A DNA stretch of 64,000 bases from assembly GCA_963789955.1 (NCBI GenBank), contig CAWBMV010000030.1:1-64000 (forward strand), written 5' to 3'. Positions 43,403-56,080 of this stretch are shown piece by piece (position 1 is the first letter of the stretch; each line of letters begins with the position of its first letter). Source of the DNA: an uncultured Candidatus Rokubacteria bacterium. GTDB lineage: Bacteria; Methylomirabilota; Methylomirabilia; Rokubacteriales; CSP1-6. A model generated the notes under the pieces. The model ran no database searches. It was not told where the DNA came from and worked only from the letters and a program-made list of their open reading frames with translations. A program made the position numbers and the translations under genes.

Positions 43403-43819
43403 GTGGGCAAGCGCAGGAAGGCTCGCGAAGTCGCCCTCCAGTTCTTGTACCAGCTCGACCTCAACGGCGACGACGACCCGATCCCGCACGACGAGGAGTT
43501 CTGGGCGCGCCATCCCGTCGACGACGACACGCGCGTCTTCGGCGACGCGCTCGTCCGCGGCGTCAAGTCGAACCAGGAAAAGATCGATCACGCCATCTCC
43601 CAGTTCGCGGAGCACTGGGACCTCGATCGCATGGCGGTCGTCGACCGCAACATCCTGAGGCTTGCCGTCTACGAGCTCCTGTGGACGGCCGAGGTGCCGC
43701 CGAAGGTCGCGATCAACGAGGCCATCGAGATCGCCAAGAAGTTCGGGACCAAGGAGTCGAGCCGATTCATCAACGGCTTGCTCGACCGCATCCACAAAGA
43801 ACTCCGCCCCGCGTTCTGA
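43403..43819 (+). CDS. nusB: Transcription antitermination factor NusB
   Basis: RRKAREVALQFLYQ, DRNILRL, VAINEAIEIAKKF, FINGLLD; alternative ATG at 43367. Confidence 0.95.
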   Translation: MGKRRKAREVALQFLYQLDLNGDDDPIPHDEEFWARHPVDDDTRVFGDALVRGVKSNQEKIDHAISQFAEHWDLDRMAVVDRNILRLAVYELLWTAEVPPKVAINEAIEIAKKFGTKESSRFINGLLDRIHKELRPAF

Positions 43820-43828
43820 GTCTGCCCC

Positions 43829-44554
43829 GTGCGGTATGCGGTGCTTTCGGATGTCCACGCCAACCTCGAAGCGCTCCAGGCGGTGCTCGCCGACGCCGCG
43901 TCGCGGACGGACGCGCTCCTGTGCCTGGGCGACCTCGTGGGCTACGGCGCGGATCCGGTCGCCTGCATCGAGCTGGTCGCCGAGCGGGCGCAGGCGATCG
44001 TCGGCGGCAATCACGAGCATGCGGTGGCCGGGCTCATCGATCTCGAGTGGTTCAACGTTCACGCCCGGGCCGCGGCCGAGTGGACGCGGGAGCGGGTCGA
44101 CGAAGACCATCGCACCTACCTCGCCTCGCTCCCGCTGGTCGCCCAGGTCGGTGACGCCACGCTCGTGCACGCCTCGCCCGACCGTCCGGACGAGTGGGAG
44201 TATCTGCTGACCGCGCAGGACGGCTTCGACGCGTTCGGAGCCTTCACCACACGGCTCTGCTTCGTCGGTCACTCGCATCTGGCCGGTACGTGGTCACTCG
44301 GCTCGTCGGGACCGGAGCACCGGGCAGGCGCGGTCGATGTCGAGCTCGAGCGCGGCCGGAGATATCTCGTCAACGTCGGCAGCGTCGGTCAGCCGCGCGA
44401 TCGCGATCCGCGCGCGGCCTACGCGATCTGGGACGTCGAGCGCGGAACGATCGCGGTTCGTCGCGTCGCCTACGATGTCGCGGGGGCGCGCGAGAAGATC
44501 CTGCGCGGGGGACTACCGCGGTTTCTGGCTGATCGGCTCGCGTGGGGCTCCTGA
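43829..44554 (+). CDS. Metallophosphoesterase (calcineurin-like)
   Basis: SDVHAN, GDLVGYG, GNHE, GHSH, NVGSVGQPRD. Confidence 0.92.
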   Translation: MRYAVLSDVHANLEALQAVLADAASRTDALLCLGDLVGYGADPVACIELVAERAQAIVGGNHEHAVAGLIDLEWFNVHARAAAEWTRERVDEDHRTYLASLPLVAQVGDATLVHASPDRPDEWEYLLTAQDGFDAFGAFTTRLCFVGHSHLAGTWSLGSSGPEHRAGAVDVELERGRRYLVNVGSVGQPRDRDPRAAYAIWDVERGTIAVRRVAYDVAGAREKILRGGLPRFLADRLAWGS

Positions 44555-46059
44555 GCCTGCGTCCGTCGCCGCGTCGTGCCCTCGTCCTCCTGGGCACCGC
44601 CTTCTTCATGGGGCTGGCGTTTCCTCGAACGGACTGGGAAGGGATCGTCTGGGTCGCCCTCGCCCCGCTGATCGTCGATTCGCTGCGCCAGCCGATTCGC
44701 CAGGCCTTCGCCTGGGGCTGGGCGTTCGGAACCGTGTTCTACCTGGTCCTCCTGCGGTGGCTCGACTTCACCTTCAGGACGTACAGCACGATTCCGTGGC
44801 CGCTCACCTGGGGCCCGACCTTGGCGCTCGCCGGATACTGCGCGCTCTATGTCGGCGCCTTCGCCGCCGCGATCGCGTGGCTCGGGCGGCGCTCGACCGT
44901 CTGGGCACTCTGCGCGTCGCCGTTCCTGTGGGTCGCCGGCGAGTGGCTTCGCGGCCACCTCTTCGGCGGCTTTCCCTGGGGTCTCATCGGCTACTCGCAG
45001 TACCTGCGCTTGCCGGTCATCCAGATCGCCGAGCTCGGCGGCGTGTACGCCGTGTCGCTGCTGATCGTGGCCATCAACGCCGCGATCGCCGGCTGCTTCG
45101 TGCTCGCATGGCGCCCGGCGCTGGGTGGGGTCGCGATCGCCGGGGCGTTGCTGGGAGGGACGCTCGCCTTTGGCGCCTGGCGCTTGGCGGAGCCCGCTCC
45201 GCCGGGCGAGCTGAGCGTGGCGGTCATGCAGCCCTCGATCGAGCAGCCCTTGAAGTTCGACCCCGCGTTCGGCCCGACGACCCTGGCGATCTATCTCACC
45301 CTGACGTCGCGCGCGGGCGCCGAGCGGCCCGACCTGATCGTGTGGCCGGAGACGGCGGCCCCCACGCCGCTGCGGCGCGACCCGGCGCTTCTCAGAACGC
45401 TCGGCGCGCTAGCCGGCTCTCTGCGCGTGCCGCTCCTGGTGGGCTCGATCGACGTTGATGCGTCGACTCCACCGAAGGTGCGTAACACGGCGTTTCTTCT
45501 CACGGAACGAGGCATCGTCGGGCGATATGATAAAATCCAGCTCGTTCCGTTCGGTGAGTATGTGCCGCTATCGGGACTGATCGGATTCGTTCGGGGCTGG
45601 GCCGAGTTCATCGCCGAGCTCGAGCCGGGCTCCAGCGCGAGCGTCTTCCCGGGCCCGCCAGCCCCATTCGGAGTGGTGATCTGTTACGAGGGAATCTTCC
45701 CTGAGCTTGTCCGCGAGTTCGTGAAAGGTGGCGCACGTCTGATCGTGAACATGACGAACGACGCATGGTTTGGTCGTACGAGCGGCCCGTGGCAACATCT
45801 CGCCATGTATCCGTTCCGTGCCGTCGAGCACCGCGTCGCGGTGGTTCGGGCGGCGAACACCGGGGTCTCGGCCTTCATCGCACCCAGCGGTAAGATCGTC
45901 CGCCGCGTGCCGCTGTACGAGCGGACCACGGCGACCGAGCGGGTGCCGCTCCGGACGCGGTACACGCTGTACTCGCGCTTCGGAGACTGGGTCGCGTACC
46001 TGTCGCTCGCGGTCTCGGGCGCGCTGCTCGCGCTCCACGCGTGGAAGCGAGTGGCCTGA
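44542..46059 (+). CDS. lnt: Apolipoprotein N-acyltransferase
   Basis: GFPW, VWPE, YDKIQLVPFGEY, ICYE, TNDAWFG, RAANTG. Confidence 0.95.
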   Translation: MGLLSLRPSPRRALVLLGTAFFMGLAFPRTDWEGIVWVALAPLIVDSLRQPIRQAFAWGWAFGTVFYLVLLRWLDFTFRTYSTIPWPLTWGPTLALAGYCALYVGAFAAAIAWLGRRSTVWALCASPFLWVAGEWLRGHLFGGFPWGLIGYSQYLRLPVIQIAELGGVYAVSLLIVAINAAIAGCFVLAWRPALGGVAIAGALLGGTLAFGAWRLAEPAPPGELSVAVMQPSIEQPLKFDPAFGPTTLAIYLTLTSRAGAERPDLIVWPETAAPTPLRRDPALLRTLGALAGSLRVPLLVGSIDVDASTPPKVRNTAFLLTERGIVGRYDKIQLVPFGEYVPLSGLIGFVRGWAEFIAELEPGSSASVFPGPPAPFGVVICYEGIFPELVREFVKGGARLIVNMTNDAWFGRTSGPWQHLAMYPFRAVEHRVAVVRAANTGVSAFIAPSGKIVRRVPLYERTTATERVPLRTRYTLYSRFGDWVAYLSLAVSGALLALHAWKRVA

Positions 46060-47163
46060 TGCTCGGCGATTTCAAGCGCGACCTCACGCTGTTGTCGGGC
46101 CGGGTGACCGAGCTCCGAGGCCATCTTTGACGTCCCTGCCAAGGAGCAGCGGCTCGCCGCGCTCGACAGCGACATGGCCAAGCCGTCCTTCTGGGAGGAC
46201 AACCGCCGTGCGCAAGAGGTCATCCGCGAGCGGACCGAGCTCTCGCGCCTCGTCGCCCGCCTGAAGGAGCTCAGCGGGAAGGCCGAAGATCTCTCGGTGC
46301 TCCTCGAGCTCGCCGAGGAGGCAACCGACGGAAGCCTCGACGCCGAGATCACCGACGGCCTCGCCGGCCTCGCGAAGGACCTCGACGAGTTCGAGCTGAA
46401 GATCATGCTCTCGGGCCCCCACGACACGAAGGCCGCGATCGTGTCGATCCATCCCGGCGCCGGCGGCACCGAGTCGCAGGATTGGGCTCAGATGCTCCTG
46501 CGCATGTACCTCCGCTGGTGCGAGCGCTCGGGCCTGAAGGCGGAGGTGGTCGATCTGCTGCCCGGCGACGAAGCGGGCATCAAGTCGGCCACCGTCGAGG
46601 TCTCCGGCGAGTACAGCTTCGGCTATCTGCGCGGCGAGACCGGCGTGCATCGTCTCGTGCGCATCTCTCCCTTCGACGCGTCTAGCCGCCGGCAGACGAG
46701 CTTCGCCTCGGTCGCGGTCGTGCCCGAGGTGGACGACGTCGAGGTCAACGTGCGGGAGGACGAGCTCCGGATCGACGTATTTCGAGCGTCGGGGCCGGGC
46801 GGGCAGGGCGTCAACACCGCGGACTCGGCGGTGCGCATCACGCACATGCCGACCGGCATCGTCGTCTCGTGCCAGAACGAGCGCTCACAGCTCCGGAATC
46901 GCGACACCGCCATGCGGATCTTGAAAGCCAGGCTCTACGAGATCGCCGAGAAGAAGCAGCGCGAGGAGCTGGCGGAGCTGACCGGACACAAGAAGGAGAT
47001 CGCCTTCGGCAGCCAGATCCGGTCGTACACGTTCCATCCGTACCAGCTGATCAAGGACCATCGAACCGGGCTCGAGGTCGGCAACGTGGAGGGCGTCATG
47101 GACGGCGACCTCGACCCGTTCATCAAGGCGTACCTGCTCTGGGCGAGAGGTCGTGAAGCATGA
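46059..47163 (+). CDS. prfB: Peptide chain release factor 2 with programmed +1 frameshift
   Basis: ATG 46059, codon 23 CTT then TGA C (46125-46131), GAGG upstream; SPF and GGQ motifs. Confidence 0.96.
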
Positions 47164-48683
47164 GTGACGATCGCGGAGGCCGCGGACGAGGCGAGTCCGC
47201 GCCGAACCTGGACGACAACGAGCTGATCCGGCTCCGCCGCGAGAAGCTCGACAGCTTGCGTAGCCGCGGGATCGATCCGTTCGGCGGTCGGTATCCGGTG
47301 ACGCAGTGGGCCCGCGACCTCGCGGAGCGACTCGGCAGCGCGACCGACGAAGAGCTGAAGGGCTTTGGTCCCGTGAGCCTCGCGGGTCGGATCGTGACCA
47401 TTCGCCATCACGGCAAGACGTGCTTCGCCCATCTCATGGATCAGACCGGGCGGATCCAGCTCTACGCGCGCGCCGACGGCCTCGGCGACGAGTACGCGCG
47501 GTTCGTCGAGCTCGACATGGGCGACTTCGTCGGCGTGACCGGCGAGATGTTCCGCACGCGGACGGGTGAGCTGACGGTGGCGGTGAAGGCGTTCACGTTC
47601 CTCGCCAAGTCGCTGCGGCCGCTTCCCGAGAAGTGGCACGGTCTGAAGGACATCGAGACGCGCTACCGGCAGCGCTACGTGGACCTCATCGTCAACGCCG
47701 AGGCGCGCGAGATCTTCACGATGCGCGCGCGGCTCGTTCGCGGCATTCGGGCGTTCCTCGACGCGCGGGGCTTCCTCGAGGTCGAGACGCCGATGATGCA
47801 GCCGATCCCGGGCGGCGCGATCGCCCGGCCCTTCAAGACCCACCACAACGCGCTCGACCTGGACCTCTACCTGCGCATCGCGCCCGAGCTCTATCTCAAG
47901 CGCCTGCTCGTGGGCGGCTTCGAGCGGGTCTACGAGATCAATCGAAACTTCCGGAACGAGGGGATCTCGACCCACCACAATCCCGAGTTCACGACGCTCG
48001 AGTTCTACCAGGCGTACGCGGACTACACGGACCTGATGGAGCTGACCGAGGCGCTGTTCGTGGAGCTCGCCCACGCGCTGCGCGGCTCGCTGTCCCTCGT
48101 GTGGGGCGAGCACGCGATCGATCTCAAGCCACCGTGGCGGCGTCTGACGTTCTTCGATGGCCTGTCGCAGGCCCTCGGAATCGGTGTCACACCCACGACC
48201 GACGTCGCGACCGTCGCGACGGCCGCGTCGGCGCGCGGGATCGTCCACGACGGGGGACCGGCGTCGACGCTGTGGAAGGAAGTCTTCGAGACCCTGGTGG
48301 AGCCGACCTTGATTCAACCGACGTTCGTCATCGACTTTCCGACCGAGCTCTCGCCGCTGGCCAAGCGCAAGCGCGACAACTCCCAGCTCGTCGATCGATT
48401 CGAGCTCTTCGTCGCGCGGCACGAAGTCGCCAACGCGTACAGCGAGCTGAACGATCCGATCGACCAGCTGGCGCGCTTCCGCGAGCAGGCGGCCCTGCAG
48501 GCGCGCGGCGACGACGAGGCCCACTGGCTCGACGAGGACTACGTCCGCGCGCTCGAATACGGCATGCCGCCGGCCGCGGGCGAAGGAATCGGCATCGATC
48601 GGCTCCTCATGATGTTCGCGAACCAGCCGTCGATCCGCGAGACGATCCTGTTTCCGCTCCTGCGGCCCGAGGGCGGGCGATGA
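47160..48683 (+). CDS. lysS: Lysine--tRNA ligase (class II)
   Basis: OB domain, [34 protein letters not shown]. Confidence 0.97.
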   Translation: MSDDRGGRGRGESAPNLDDNELIRLRREKLDSLRSRGIDPFGGRYPVTQWARDLAERLGSATDEELKGFGPVSLAGRIVTIRHHGKTCFAHLMDQTGRIQLYARADGLGDEYARFVELDMGDFVGVTGEMFRTRTGELTVAVKAFTFLAKSLRPLPEKWHGLKDIETRYRQRYVDLIVNAEAREIFTMRARLVRGIRAFLDARGFLEVETPMMQPIPGGAIARPFKTHHNALDLDLYLRIAPELYLKRLLVGGFERVYEINRNFRNEGISTHHNPEFTTLEFYQAYADYTDLMELTEALFVELAHALRGSLSLVWGEHAIDLKPPWRRLTFFDGLSQALGIGVTPTTDVATVATAASARGIVHDGGPASTLWKEVFETLVEPTLIQPTFVIDFPTELSPLAKRKRDNSQLVDRFELFVARHEVANAYSELNDPIDQLARFREQAALQARGDDEAHWLDEDYVRALEYGMPPAAGEGIGIDRLLMMFANQPSIRETILFPLLRPEGGR

Positions 48684-49906
48684 ACCTGCCCTTCGAGCTC
48701 CTGCTCGGCTTCCGGTATCTCCGGTCGCGCGGCCAGCGCACGAATCTCTCGCTCTTCGTGTGGATCGGCCTCGGCGGCGTCTTTCTGGGAGTCGCCGCGC
48801 TGATCGTGGTGCTCGCGGTGATGACCGGCTTCCAGGACGGGATCCGCGATCGGATCATCGCCGGCAGCCCGCACCTGCTGATCTTCCAGGGCGGCTCGGC
48901 GGGGCTCGACGACGCCGACAAGGTCGCGGCCCGCGTGAAGGCGATCCGCGGCGTTCACTCGGCCACGCCTTTCGTCCACCAGCAGGCGCTCTTCACGACG
49001 CCGAACGGCGGAGCCCGCGGCGGCCTGATCCGCGGGATCGACCTGACGACACCCGCGGTGCGAGACGACGTCCGCGCGCAGCTCCGGCAAGGCTCGCTCG
49101 ATCCGCTCGCCGACGGCGCGCCCGCCATCGTGCTCGGGCGCGAGCTGGCGCGCAGTCTCGGTGTGTTCCCGGGCGAATCGATCACGGTGATCTCACCCGA
49201 GGGCGCGGTCACGGCCGTGGGCATGGTCCCCAAGATGCGCCGCTACCTGGTGGCCGGTACGATCGAGATCGGCATGCACGAGTACGATTCCTCGATCGCC
49301 TACCTGAGCCTGCCGCTGGCGAAAGAGTTCGCCGGGCTGGCCGGGGTCACCGGCATCGAGGTCAAGCTGAACGACCCGTTCGACGCCAAGAACGTCGGCC
49401 GTTTCGTCTCGGCCCAGCTGGGCTTCCGGTACTGGGTCCGGGACTGGATGGAGATGAACCGGAGCCTGTTCGCGGCGCTCCAGCTCGAGAAGCTCGCGCT
49501 CTTCGTGGTCGTGACGATCATCGTGCTGGTGGCGGCGTTCGCGATCATCGGTCACCTCGTGCTTCTGGTCGCCGAGAAGCGCAAGGAGATCGGAATCCTC
49601 AAGGCGGTGGGGGCGTCCGCGCGCTCGATCACCCTCGTGTTCTTCGCCGTCGGCATGACGATCGGCGTCGCCGGCACGGCGGCCGGCGCCGCGGCCGGGC
49701 TCACCATGATCTGGGCCCAGAACACCTACAAGGTCATCCGGCTTGCGGGCGACGTGTACCAGATCGACTACTTGCCGATGAAGCTGACGATGAGCGATGG
49801 GCTCATGATCATCGGCGCGACGCTCCTCCTGTCGTTCCTGGCCACGATCATCCCGGCGAAGCGGGCGGGCTCGCTGGCGCCGGTCGACGTGCTCCGGTAT
49901 GAGTGA
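48680..49906 (+). CDS. lolE: Lipoprotein-releasing ABC transporter permease (LolC/E-type)
   Basis: [42 protein letters not shown]. Confidence 0.9.
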   Translation: MNLPFELLLGFRYLRSRGQRTNLSLFVWIGLGGVFLGVAALIVVLAVMTGFQDGIRDRIIAGSPHLLIFQGGSAGLDDADKVAARVKAIRGVHSATPFVHQQALFTTPNGGARGGLIRGIDLTTPAVRDDVRAQLRQGSLDPLADGAPAIVLGRELARSLGVFPGESITVISPEGAVTAVGMVPKMRRYLVAGTIEIGMHEYDSSIAYLSLPLAKEFAGLAGVTGIEVKLNDPFDAKNVGRFVSAQLGFRYWVRDWMEMNRSLFAALQLEKLALFVVVTIIVLVAAFAIIGHLVLLVAEKRKEIGILKAVGASARSITLVFFAVGMTIGVAGTAAGAAAGLTMIWAQNTYKVIRLAGDVYQIDYLPMKLTMSDGLMIIGATLLLSFLATIIPAKRAGSLAPVDVLRYE

Positions 49907-50615
49907 CGTCGGGTCCGCCGCGCTCCTCGTCGGCGAGGAGCTCGAGAAGGAGTACCGGTCCGGGCCCGAGGTCGTGCGCGTTCTCCGCGGCGCGAGCGTG
50001 ACGATTGCGCCCGGCGAGTTCGTCGCCCTGCTCGGCGCCTCGGGCGTCGGGAAGTCGACTTTGTTGCACCTGCTCGGCGGCCTCGATCGGCCGACGGCAG
50101 GCCGCGTCTTGTTCCAGGGAGAAGACCTCGCGGCGTGGCCCGAGACCGGGCTCGCACGTTATCGGCGCCGCGACGTCGGGTTCGTCTTCCAGTTCTACAA
50201 TCTCCTCGGGGACATGAGCGCGCTCGAGAACGCGATGATCCCCGCGCTGATCGAGCGCAAGCCCACTCGCGAGGTGAGGGAGCTCGCCGCGGCGGCTCTG
50301 ACGGAAGTCGGGCTGGCCGATCGGATGAGCCATCTCCCGGGAGAGCTCTCGGGGGGCGAGCAGCAGCGGGTCGCGATCGCTCGGGCGCTGATCAACAACC
50401 CCAAAGTCATCCTGGCCGACGAGCCGACGGGCAACCTGGACCCCAAGACCAGCGAGGTCATCTACGATCTCTTCCTCCGGCTTCAGGCCGAGCGGAAGCT
50501 GGCCTTTCTCGTCGCCACCCACAATCCCGACCTGGCCCAAAAGGCCGAGCGGGGCTATCGGCTGGTCGAGGGGCGGGCGCGGGAGATCCGAGGCGAATCG
50601 ACGTCGATCGGATAA
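49899..50615 (+). CDS. lolD: Lipoprotein-releasing ABC transporter ATPase
   Basis: [35 protein letters not shown]. Confidence 0.92.
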   Translation: MSDVGSAALLVGEELEKEYRSGPEVVRVLRGASVTIAPGEFVALLGASGVGKSTLLHLLGGLDRPTAGRVLFQGEDLAAWPETGLARYRRRDVGFVFQFYNLLGDMSALENAMIPALIERKPTREVRELAAAALTEVGLADRMSHLPGELSGGEQQRVAIARALINNPKVILADEPTGNLDPKTSEVIYDLFLRLQAERKLAFLVATHNPDLAQKAERGYRLVEGRAREIRGESTSIG

Positions 50616-50761
50616 CGGTTTCGCGCAGTTAGTCGGCTGCGGGCAAAAAAGGCTAGCAGGCTTAGGGGGCGTGGGCTATACTGAATTCGCAGTCTGGTAA
50701 CTAGCCGTCAGAGCAAGTAAATTCGCATCTCCGCGACCTGCGGGAGGGGTGGGGACCACCA

Positions 50762-53209
50762 GTGTTTGAACGGTTCACCGAACGGGCGCGACGGGTCATT
50801 ATCTTAGCGCGTGAGGAAGCCGGTCGTTTCCGCCACGATTTCGTCGGCACGGAACACGTCCTTCTCGGGCTGATCCGTGACGGTGAGGGAATCGCGACCG
50901 CGGTTCTCCAGCGGCTGGGGCTGCGGCTCGAGACCGTCAAGGCGGAGGTCGAGCGCGCGCTCGCAGGATTCCCCAAGACGCTCACGTTCGGGGAAGTGCC
51001 GTTCACGCCGCAGGCCAAGCGCGTGCTCGAGTTGTCCATCGAGGAAGCGCGGCAGCTCGGCCACAACTACATCGGGACCGAGCACTTGCTCCTCGGCCTC
51101 ATGAAAGAGGGGCAGTCGATCGCCGCGAAGATCCTCGAGTCACTCGGCGCCCGACTCGACGAGGTTCGCCAGGAGACCCTGGCGCTGCTCGGCGACCAGT
51201 ACTACCCGCGCCCCAAGAAGCGCTCGCAGACGCCGGTCCTCGATGAGTTCGCCCGCGATCTCACCCAGCTCGCTCGCGAGACCAAGCTCGATCCGGTCAT
51301 CGGCCGTGAGCAGGAAATCGAGCGCGTCATCCAGATTCTCGCGCGCCGGACGAAGAACAATCCGGTCCTGATCGGCGAGCCCGGCGTGGGCAAGACCGCC
51401 ATCGTCGAAGGGCTCGCGCAGAAGATCATCGGCCACGACGTGCCGGATGTCCTCGTGAACAAGCGGCTGCTCCAGCTCGATCTGGGCGCTCTCGTCGCCG
51501 GGACGAAGTATCGCGGCCAGTTCGAGGAGCGGCTGAAGGCGGTCATGAAGGAGATTCGCCAGTCGGAGAACGTCGTCCTCTTCCTGGATGAGCTCCATAC
51601 GCTCATCGGGGCGGGCGCGGCCGAGGGCGCGATCGACGCGTCGAACATGCTCAAGCCGGCCCTCTCGCGCGGCGAGATCCAGACGATCGGCGCGACGACT
51701 CTCGACGAATACCGCAAGTACATCGAGAAGGACGGCGCCCTCGAGCGGCGCTTCCAGCCGGTCATCGTCAAGGCGCCGTCGGTGCCGCAGGCGATCGAGA
51801 TCATCCGCGGCCTCCGACACAAGTACGAGGCCCACCACCGGGTGAAGATCACCGAGCGCGCGATCTCCGCGGCGGTGCAGCTGGCCGATCGCTACATCAC
51901 CGACCGCCAGCTCCCCGACAAGGCGATCGACGTGATCGACGAGGCCTCCTCGCGGACGCGCCTCATGGCGCTGACGCCGCCGCCCGAGCTCAAGGAGATC
52001 GAGAAGGAGCTCGAGCGGGTGATCCGCGAGAAGGACATGTATCTCGAGGCGCAGGAGTTCGAGAAGGCCGCCTCGCTGCGCGAGAAGGAGAAGGTCCTTC
52101 GCCACCGCGATGAGGAGCTCAAGCGCGAGTGGGAGAAGAACAAGGGCAAGGGGACGCAGACGGTCGAGGAAGAGGACATCGAGTTCATCGTGTCCCGCTG
52201 GACCGGCATCCCGCTCGCCAAGCTCGAGGAGAAGGAATCCGAGAAGCTCGCCCGGATGGAAGAGGCGCTCCACGGCCGGATCATCGGCCAGAACGACGCG
52301 GTCGCGGCCGTCGCGCGCGCGATCCGCCGCTCCCGCGCCGGCCTGAAGGACGCCAAGCGCCCGGTCGGCTCGTTCGTGTTCCTCGGCCCCACCGGCGTCG
52401 GCAAGACCGAGCTGGCCCGCGCCCTCGCCGAGTACCTGTTCGGCGACGAGAACGCGCTGATCCGCGTGGACATGTCCGAGTACATGGAGAAGTTCTCGGT
52501 CTCGCGCCTGCTCGGCGCGCCTCCCGGATACGTCGGCTACGAAGAGGGCGGGTTCCTCACCGAGAAGGTGCGGCGGCGTCCGTACTCCGTCGTGCTCTTC
52601 GACGAGATCGAGAAGGCCCACCCGGACGTCTTCAACATGATGCTCCAGGTCCTGGACGACGGCCGGCTCACCGACTCGCTCGGCCACGTCGTCGATTTCA
52701 AGAACACCATCCTGATCATGACCTCGAACCTCGGGACGAGCCTGATCGGTAAGCGCGTGTCCCCCGGGTTCTTGCAGGAGACTGACGAGTCGAGCTACGA
52801 CAAGATGAAGGAGCGCGTCCTCGAAGAGATGAAGCGGGCGTTCCGGCCGGAGTTCCTGAACCGGATCGACGACATCATCGTCTTCCACGCCCTCTCGCTC
52901 GACCACATCAAGCAGATCATTCGCCTGATGATCGACCGGATCAACAAGCAGCTCAGCGAGAAGGGCATCGAGCTCATGTTGACGCCGGCGGCGGAAGCGG
53001 CGCTGGTGGAGAAGGGCTACGACCAGACGTACGGCGCACGGCAGCTACGGCGGACGATCCAGAAGCACATCGAGGATCCCCTGGCCGAGGCGATCGTTCG
53101 CGGCCAGGTCGCGGAGAGCGCCCGCATCGAGGTGGATATCGAGGGGGCGAACTTCACGTTCCGCGAAGCGCAAGCTGCCGAGGCGCCCCTCGAGCTTGCA
53201 GAGCACTAG
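50762..53209 (+). CDS. clpC: ATP-dependent Clp protease ATP-binding subunit, ClpC type
   Basis: [12 protein letters not shown]lp-N repeats, [11 protein letters not shown]-like middle domain, GPTGVGKT. Confidence 0.94.
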   Translation: MFERFTERARRVIILAREEAGRFRHDFVGTEHVLLGLIRDGEGIATAVLQRLGLRLETVKAEVERALAGFPKTLTFGEVPFTPQAKRVLELSIEEARQLGHNYIGTEHLLLGLMKEGQSIAAKILESLGARLDEVRQETLALLGDQYYPRPKKRSQTPVLDEFARDLTQLARETKLDPVIGREQEIERVIQILARRTKNNPVLIGEPGVGKTAIVEGLAQKIIGHDVPDVLVNKRLLQLDLGALVAGTKYRGQFEERLKAVMKEIRQSENVVLFLDELHTLIGAGAAEGAIDASNMLKPALSRGEIQTIGATTLDEYRKYIEKDGALERRFQPVIVKAPSVPQAIEIIRGLRHKYEAHHRVKITERAISAAVQLADRYITDRQLPDKAIDVIDEASSRTRLMALTPPPELKEIEKELERVIREKDMYLEAQEFEKAASLREKEKVLRHRDEELKREWEKNKGKGTQTVEEEDIEFIVSRWTGIPLAKLEEKESEKLARMEEALHGRIIGQNDAVAAVARAIRRSRAGLKDAKRPVGSFVFLGPTGVGKTELARALAEYLFGDENALIRVDMSEYMEKFSVSRLLGAPPGYVGYEEGGFLTEKVRRRPYSVVLFDEIEKAHPDVFNMMLQVLDDGRLTDSLGHVVDFKNTILIMTSNLGTSLIGKRVSPGFLQETDESSYDKMKERVLEEMKRAFRPEFLNRIDDIIVFHALSLDHIKQIIRLMIDRINKQLSEKGIELMLTPAAEAALVEKGYDQTYGARQLRRTIQKHIEDPLAEAIVRGQVAESARIEVDIEGANFTFREAQAAEAPLELAEH

Positions 53210-53238
53210 CAGGCCGTCCTGACACGCCTGAGAGCCTG

Positions 53239-55501
53239 GTGACGACAGCGGGCCGGGTGTGTCTGGCGGTCGTTGTTGTTCTGACGGCAGGCCTCTTCAT
53301 CGCCTCGACGGCCCGGGCGCAGCAGTCCCAACCGCCACCCATCCTCATCCGTGACATCCACGTCGAAGGCAATCGACGTGTGCAGGACGCCGTGATCCTC
53401 GGCCGAGTCAAGAGCACCGTCGGCTCGGCCTTCAACCCCTCGCTTCTCTCCGAGGACATCCGCTCCATCTTCAGTCTCGGCTTCTTCGACGACGTCCAGC
53501 TGCGGGTCGAGGACTTCGAGGGCGGCGTGAAGATCGTCTTCGCGGTCTCGGAGCGCCCCTTCGTCCGCGACGTCGACTTCGTGGGCAACAAGGCCGAAGA
53601 CCGGGACAGCCTGCAGGACAAGATCGACGTGAAGCTCGGCAGCGTGTACAACCCGGTCGACGTGCAGCGCGCGGTCGAAAAGCTTCGCGACTTCTACGAG
53701 GACGAGGGCTACTTCGAGGTCCAGATCACTCCCACCGTCGAGAAATTCGCCGATTCGGACGTGAAGCTGATCTTCAACATCGTCGAAGGGCGCCAGATGA
53801 CGATCGAGGCGATCCAATTCCGCGGCAACAAGGGGCTGCGAGACGACCAGCTCAAGGAAGCGATGGAGACGAAGGAGCGGCAGTACTTCATCATGCGCGG
53901 CAAGGTCCAGCGCCAGCGCCTCGAGCTGGACATCGACCGGCTGATCGGCCTCTACAACGACAACGGCTACATCCAGGCCCGCGTCGAGTCGCACGACGTC
54001 GCCGTCGATCGCGAGCGGGCGCGCGTGACGATCACGATCGTCGTCGTGGAGGGACCCCAGTTCCGCGTCGGCGACGTGAAGATGACCGGTGTCACCCTGC
54101 TGCCGGAGCGCGAGGTCGACCGGCAGATCAGGCTCAAGACCGGCGACGTGTTCTCGGTGAGTCGGGTCCGAGACAGCGTCGCGGGGATCCTGAACCTCTA
54201 CAGCACGATCGGCCGCGCCTCGGCCGACGTGAACGCCAAGCGCGACCAGCTGCCGGCGTTCAACCAGATCAACCTGACCTTCGAGATCACCGAAGGGCCC
54301 GAAGTGTACGTCGAGCGCATCAACATCAGCGGCAATGTCCGGAGCGAGGACAAGATCCTGCGCCGTGAGCTGCCGCTGCACGAGGGTGATCTCTACACGC
54401 TCCAGAACAAGGAACGGGCCCGCCAGCGGCTCGTCAACCTGGGCTACTTCGAGACGGTCAACGTCGACACGCAGCCCGGCTCGGACAAGACGCGCATCAT
54501 CGTGAACATCGTGGTCGTCGAGCGAGCGACCGGCCTGTTCAGCATCGGCGGCGGCTACTCCTCGGTGGACTCGCTGGTCGGCACGATCGACCTCGCCCAG
54601 CGCAACTTCCTGGGCCGCGGCTGGGAGGTCGCGATCCGGATTCGCGCCGGTGTCGAGACGCAGCAGGGGACCATCAGCTTCACCGACCCCTGGCTCTTCG
54701 ACCGCCCGCTGTCGGGCGGGTTCGACGTGTACAAGAGCATCCGCAACTACCAGGACTACACGTACGACACCACCGGCCTCAATCTCCGGATGAGCCATCC
54801 GTTTGCCGAGTACTGGCGCTGGAGTACCGGCTATCGCCTGTCGCAGGACATCATCAGAGACCTCAGCGACAACGCCCCAGCCGGACCTGGTGGAGCAGAA
54901 AGGGACGACGATCACCTCGTCGATCGGCGGCGCCCTGACCCGTGACAGCCGGGACTTCATCGCGGCTCCCAGCAAGGGCGGGCAGACCGCCATCACCCTC
55001 GACTTCGCCGGCCTCGGGGGCGACTCGCAGTTCTACAAAGTGAACTTCCTCCAGACGTATTTCTGGCCGATCTGGTTCGGCCACATCCTGGGAACCCGGT
55101 TCGAGACGGGACTCGTGGAAGGGTGGGGCGGCCAAGAAGTCCCGATTTACGAACGCTACTACCTCGGCGGCCCGAACACGATCCGCGCCTTCAAGTTCCG
55201 CAGCGTGTCGCCGGTCGACGACGCCGGGTTCAAGACGGGCGGCACGTCCCAGGTCCTGGCCAACGTCGAATACATCATCCCGCTGCCCTTCGGACTGCGG
55301 GTCGCGTTCTTTTTCGACATCGGTAATGTCTACGGGTTCGGCACCCCGTTCGATCCCACGGATCTGCGGTATGGGCCGGGTGCGGGTATACGATGGCAGT
55401 CACCGTTCGGGCCTATCCGGGTCGACTACGGTTTGAACGTCGCCCCGAGGCCGGGCGAGGGGTCCGGCGCATTTCAATTCTCCGTAGGGTCGCCGTTTTA
55501 G
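53239..55501 (+). CDS. bamA: Outer membrane protein assembly factor BamA (apparent frameshift ~54880)
   Basis: Five POTRA repeats, [17 protein letters not shown] loop, [14 protein letters not shown]-terminal F. Confidence 0.95.
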
Positions 55502-55510
55502 GAGGGTCGG

Positions 55511-56080
55511 ATGAGGCATTGGAGTGCTGTACTCGTACTGGTGGGGGGGCTCCTGGTCGTCGGACCGAGCCTGGCCGCGGCCCAGCAACCTGCGCCGGCG
55601 GCGGTCTCGGCGTCGTCGGTCCGGATCGCCTACATCGACGTCCAGCGCGTGCTCGCGCGGTCGTCGGCCGGCGTGGCGGCGCGCGAGCAGCTCGAGCGGG
55701 AGAAGGGGGGCATGCAGAAGGAGATGGACGGCAAGCGGCAGGAGCTCGAGAAGCTCCGCGACGAGCTCGAGAAGAAGGGGCCGCTCATGACGGCCGACGC
55801 TCGGCGCGAGAAACAGGAGACGTTCGAGCGCAAGCGCCGCGACGCCGCCCGGATGATGGACGACTACCAGAAGGAGCTCGAGAAGAAGGAGCAGATCTTG
55901 CTCCAGAAAGTGCTCCAGGAGCTGTCGGGCGTCATCGAGAAGGTGGGCAAGGACAAGGGCTTCTACATGATCGTCGAGAAGCGGGGCGCTTCGGTTCTGT
56001 ACGCGTCGCCCGACGCCGATCTGACCGACGAGGTCATCAACGCGTACAACCAGGCGGTTCCGGCGAAGAAGACCCCTTGA
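55511..56080 (+). CDS. skp: OmpH/Skp periplasmic chaperone
   Basis: Signal peptide, [11 protein letters not shown], coiled coil, [23 protein letters not shown]. Confidence 0.93.
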   Translation: MRHWSAVLVLVGGLLVVGPSLAAAQQPAPAAVSASSVRIAYIDVQRVLARSSAGVAAREQLEREKGGMQKEMDGKRQELEKLRDELEKKGPLMTADARREKQETFERKRRDAARMMDDYQKELEKKEQILLQKVLQELSGVIEKVGKDKGFYMIVEKRGASVLYASPDADLTDEVINAYNQAVPAKKTP

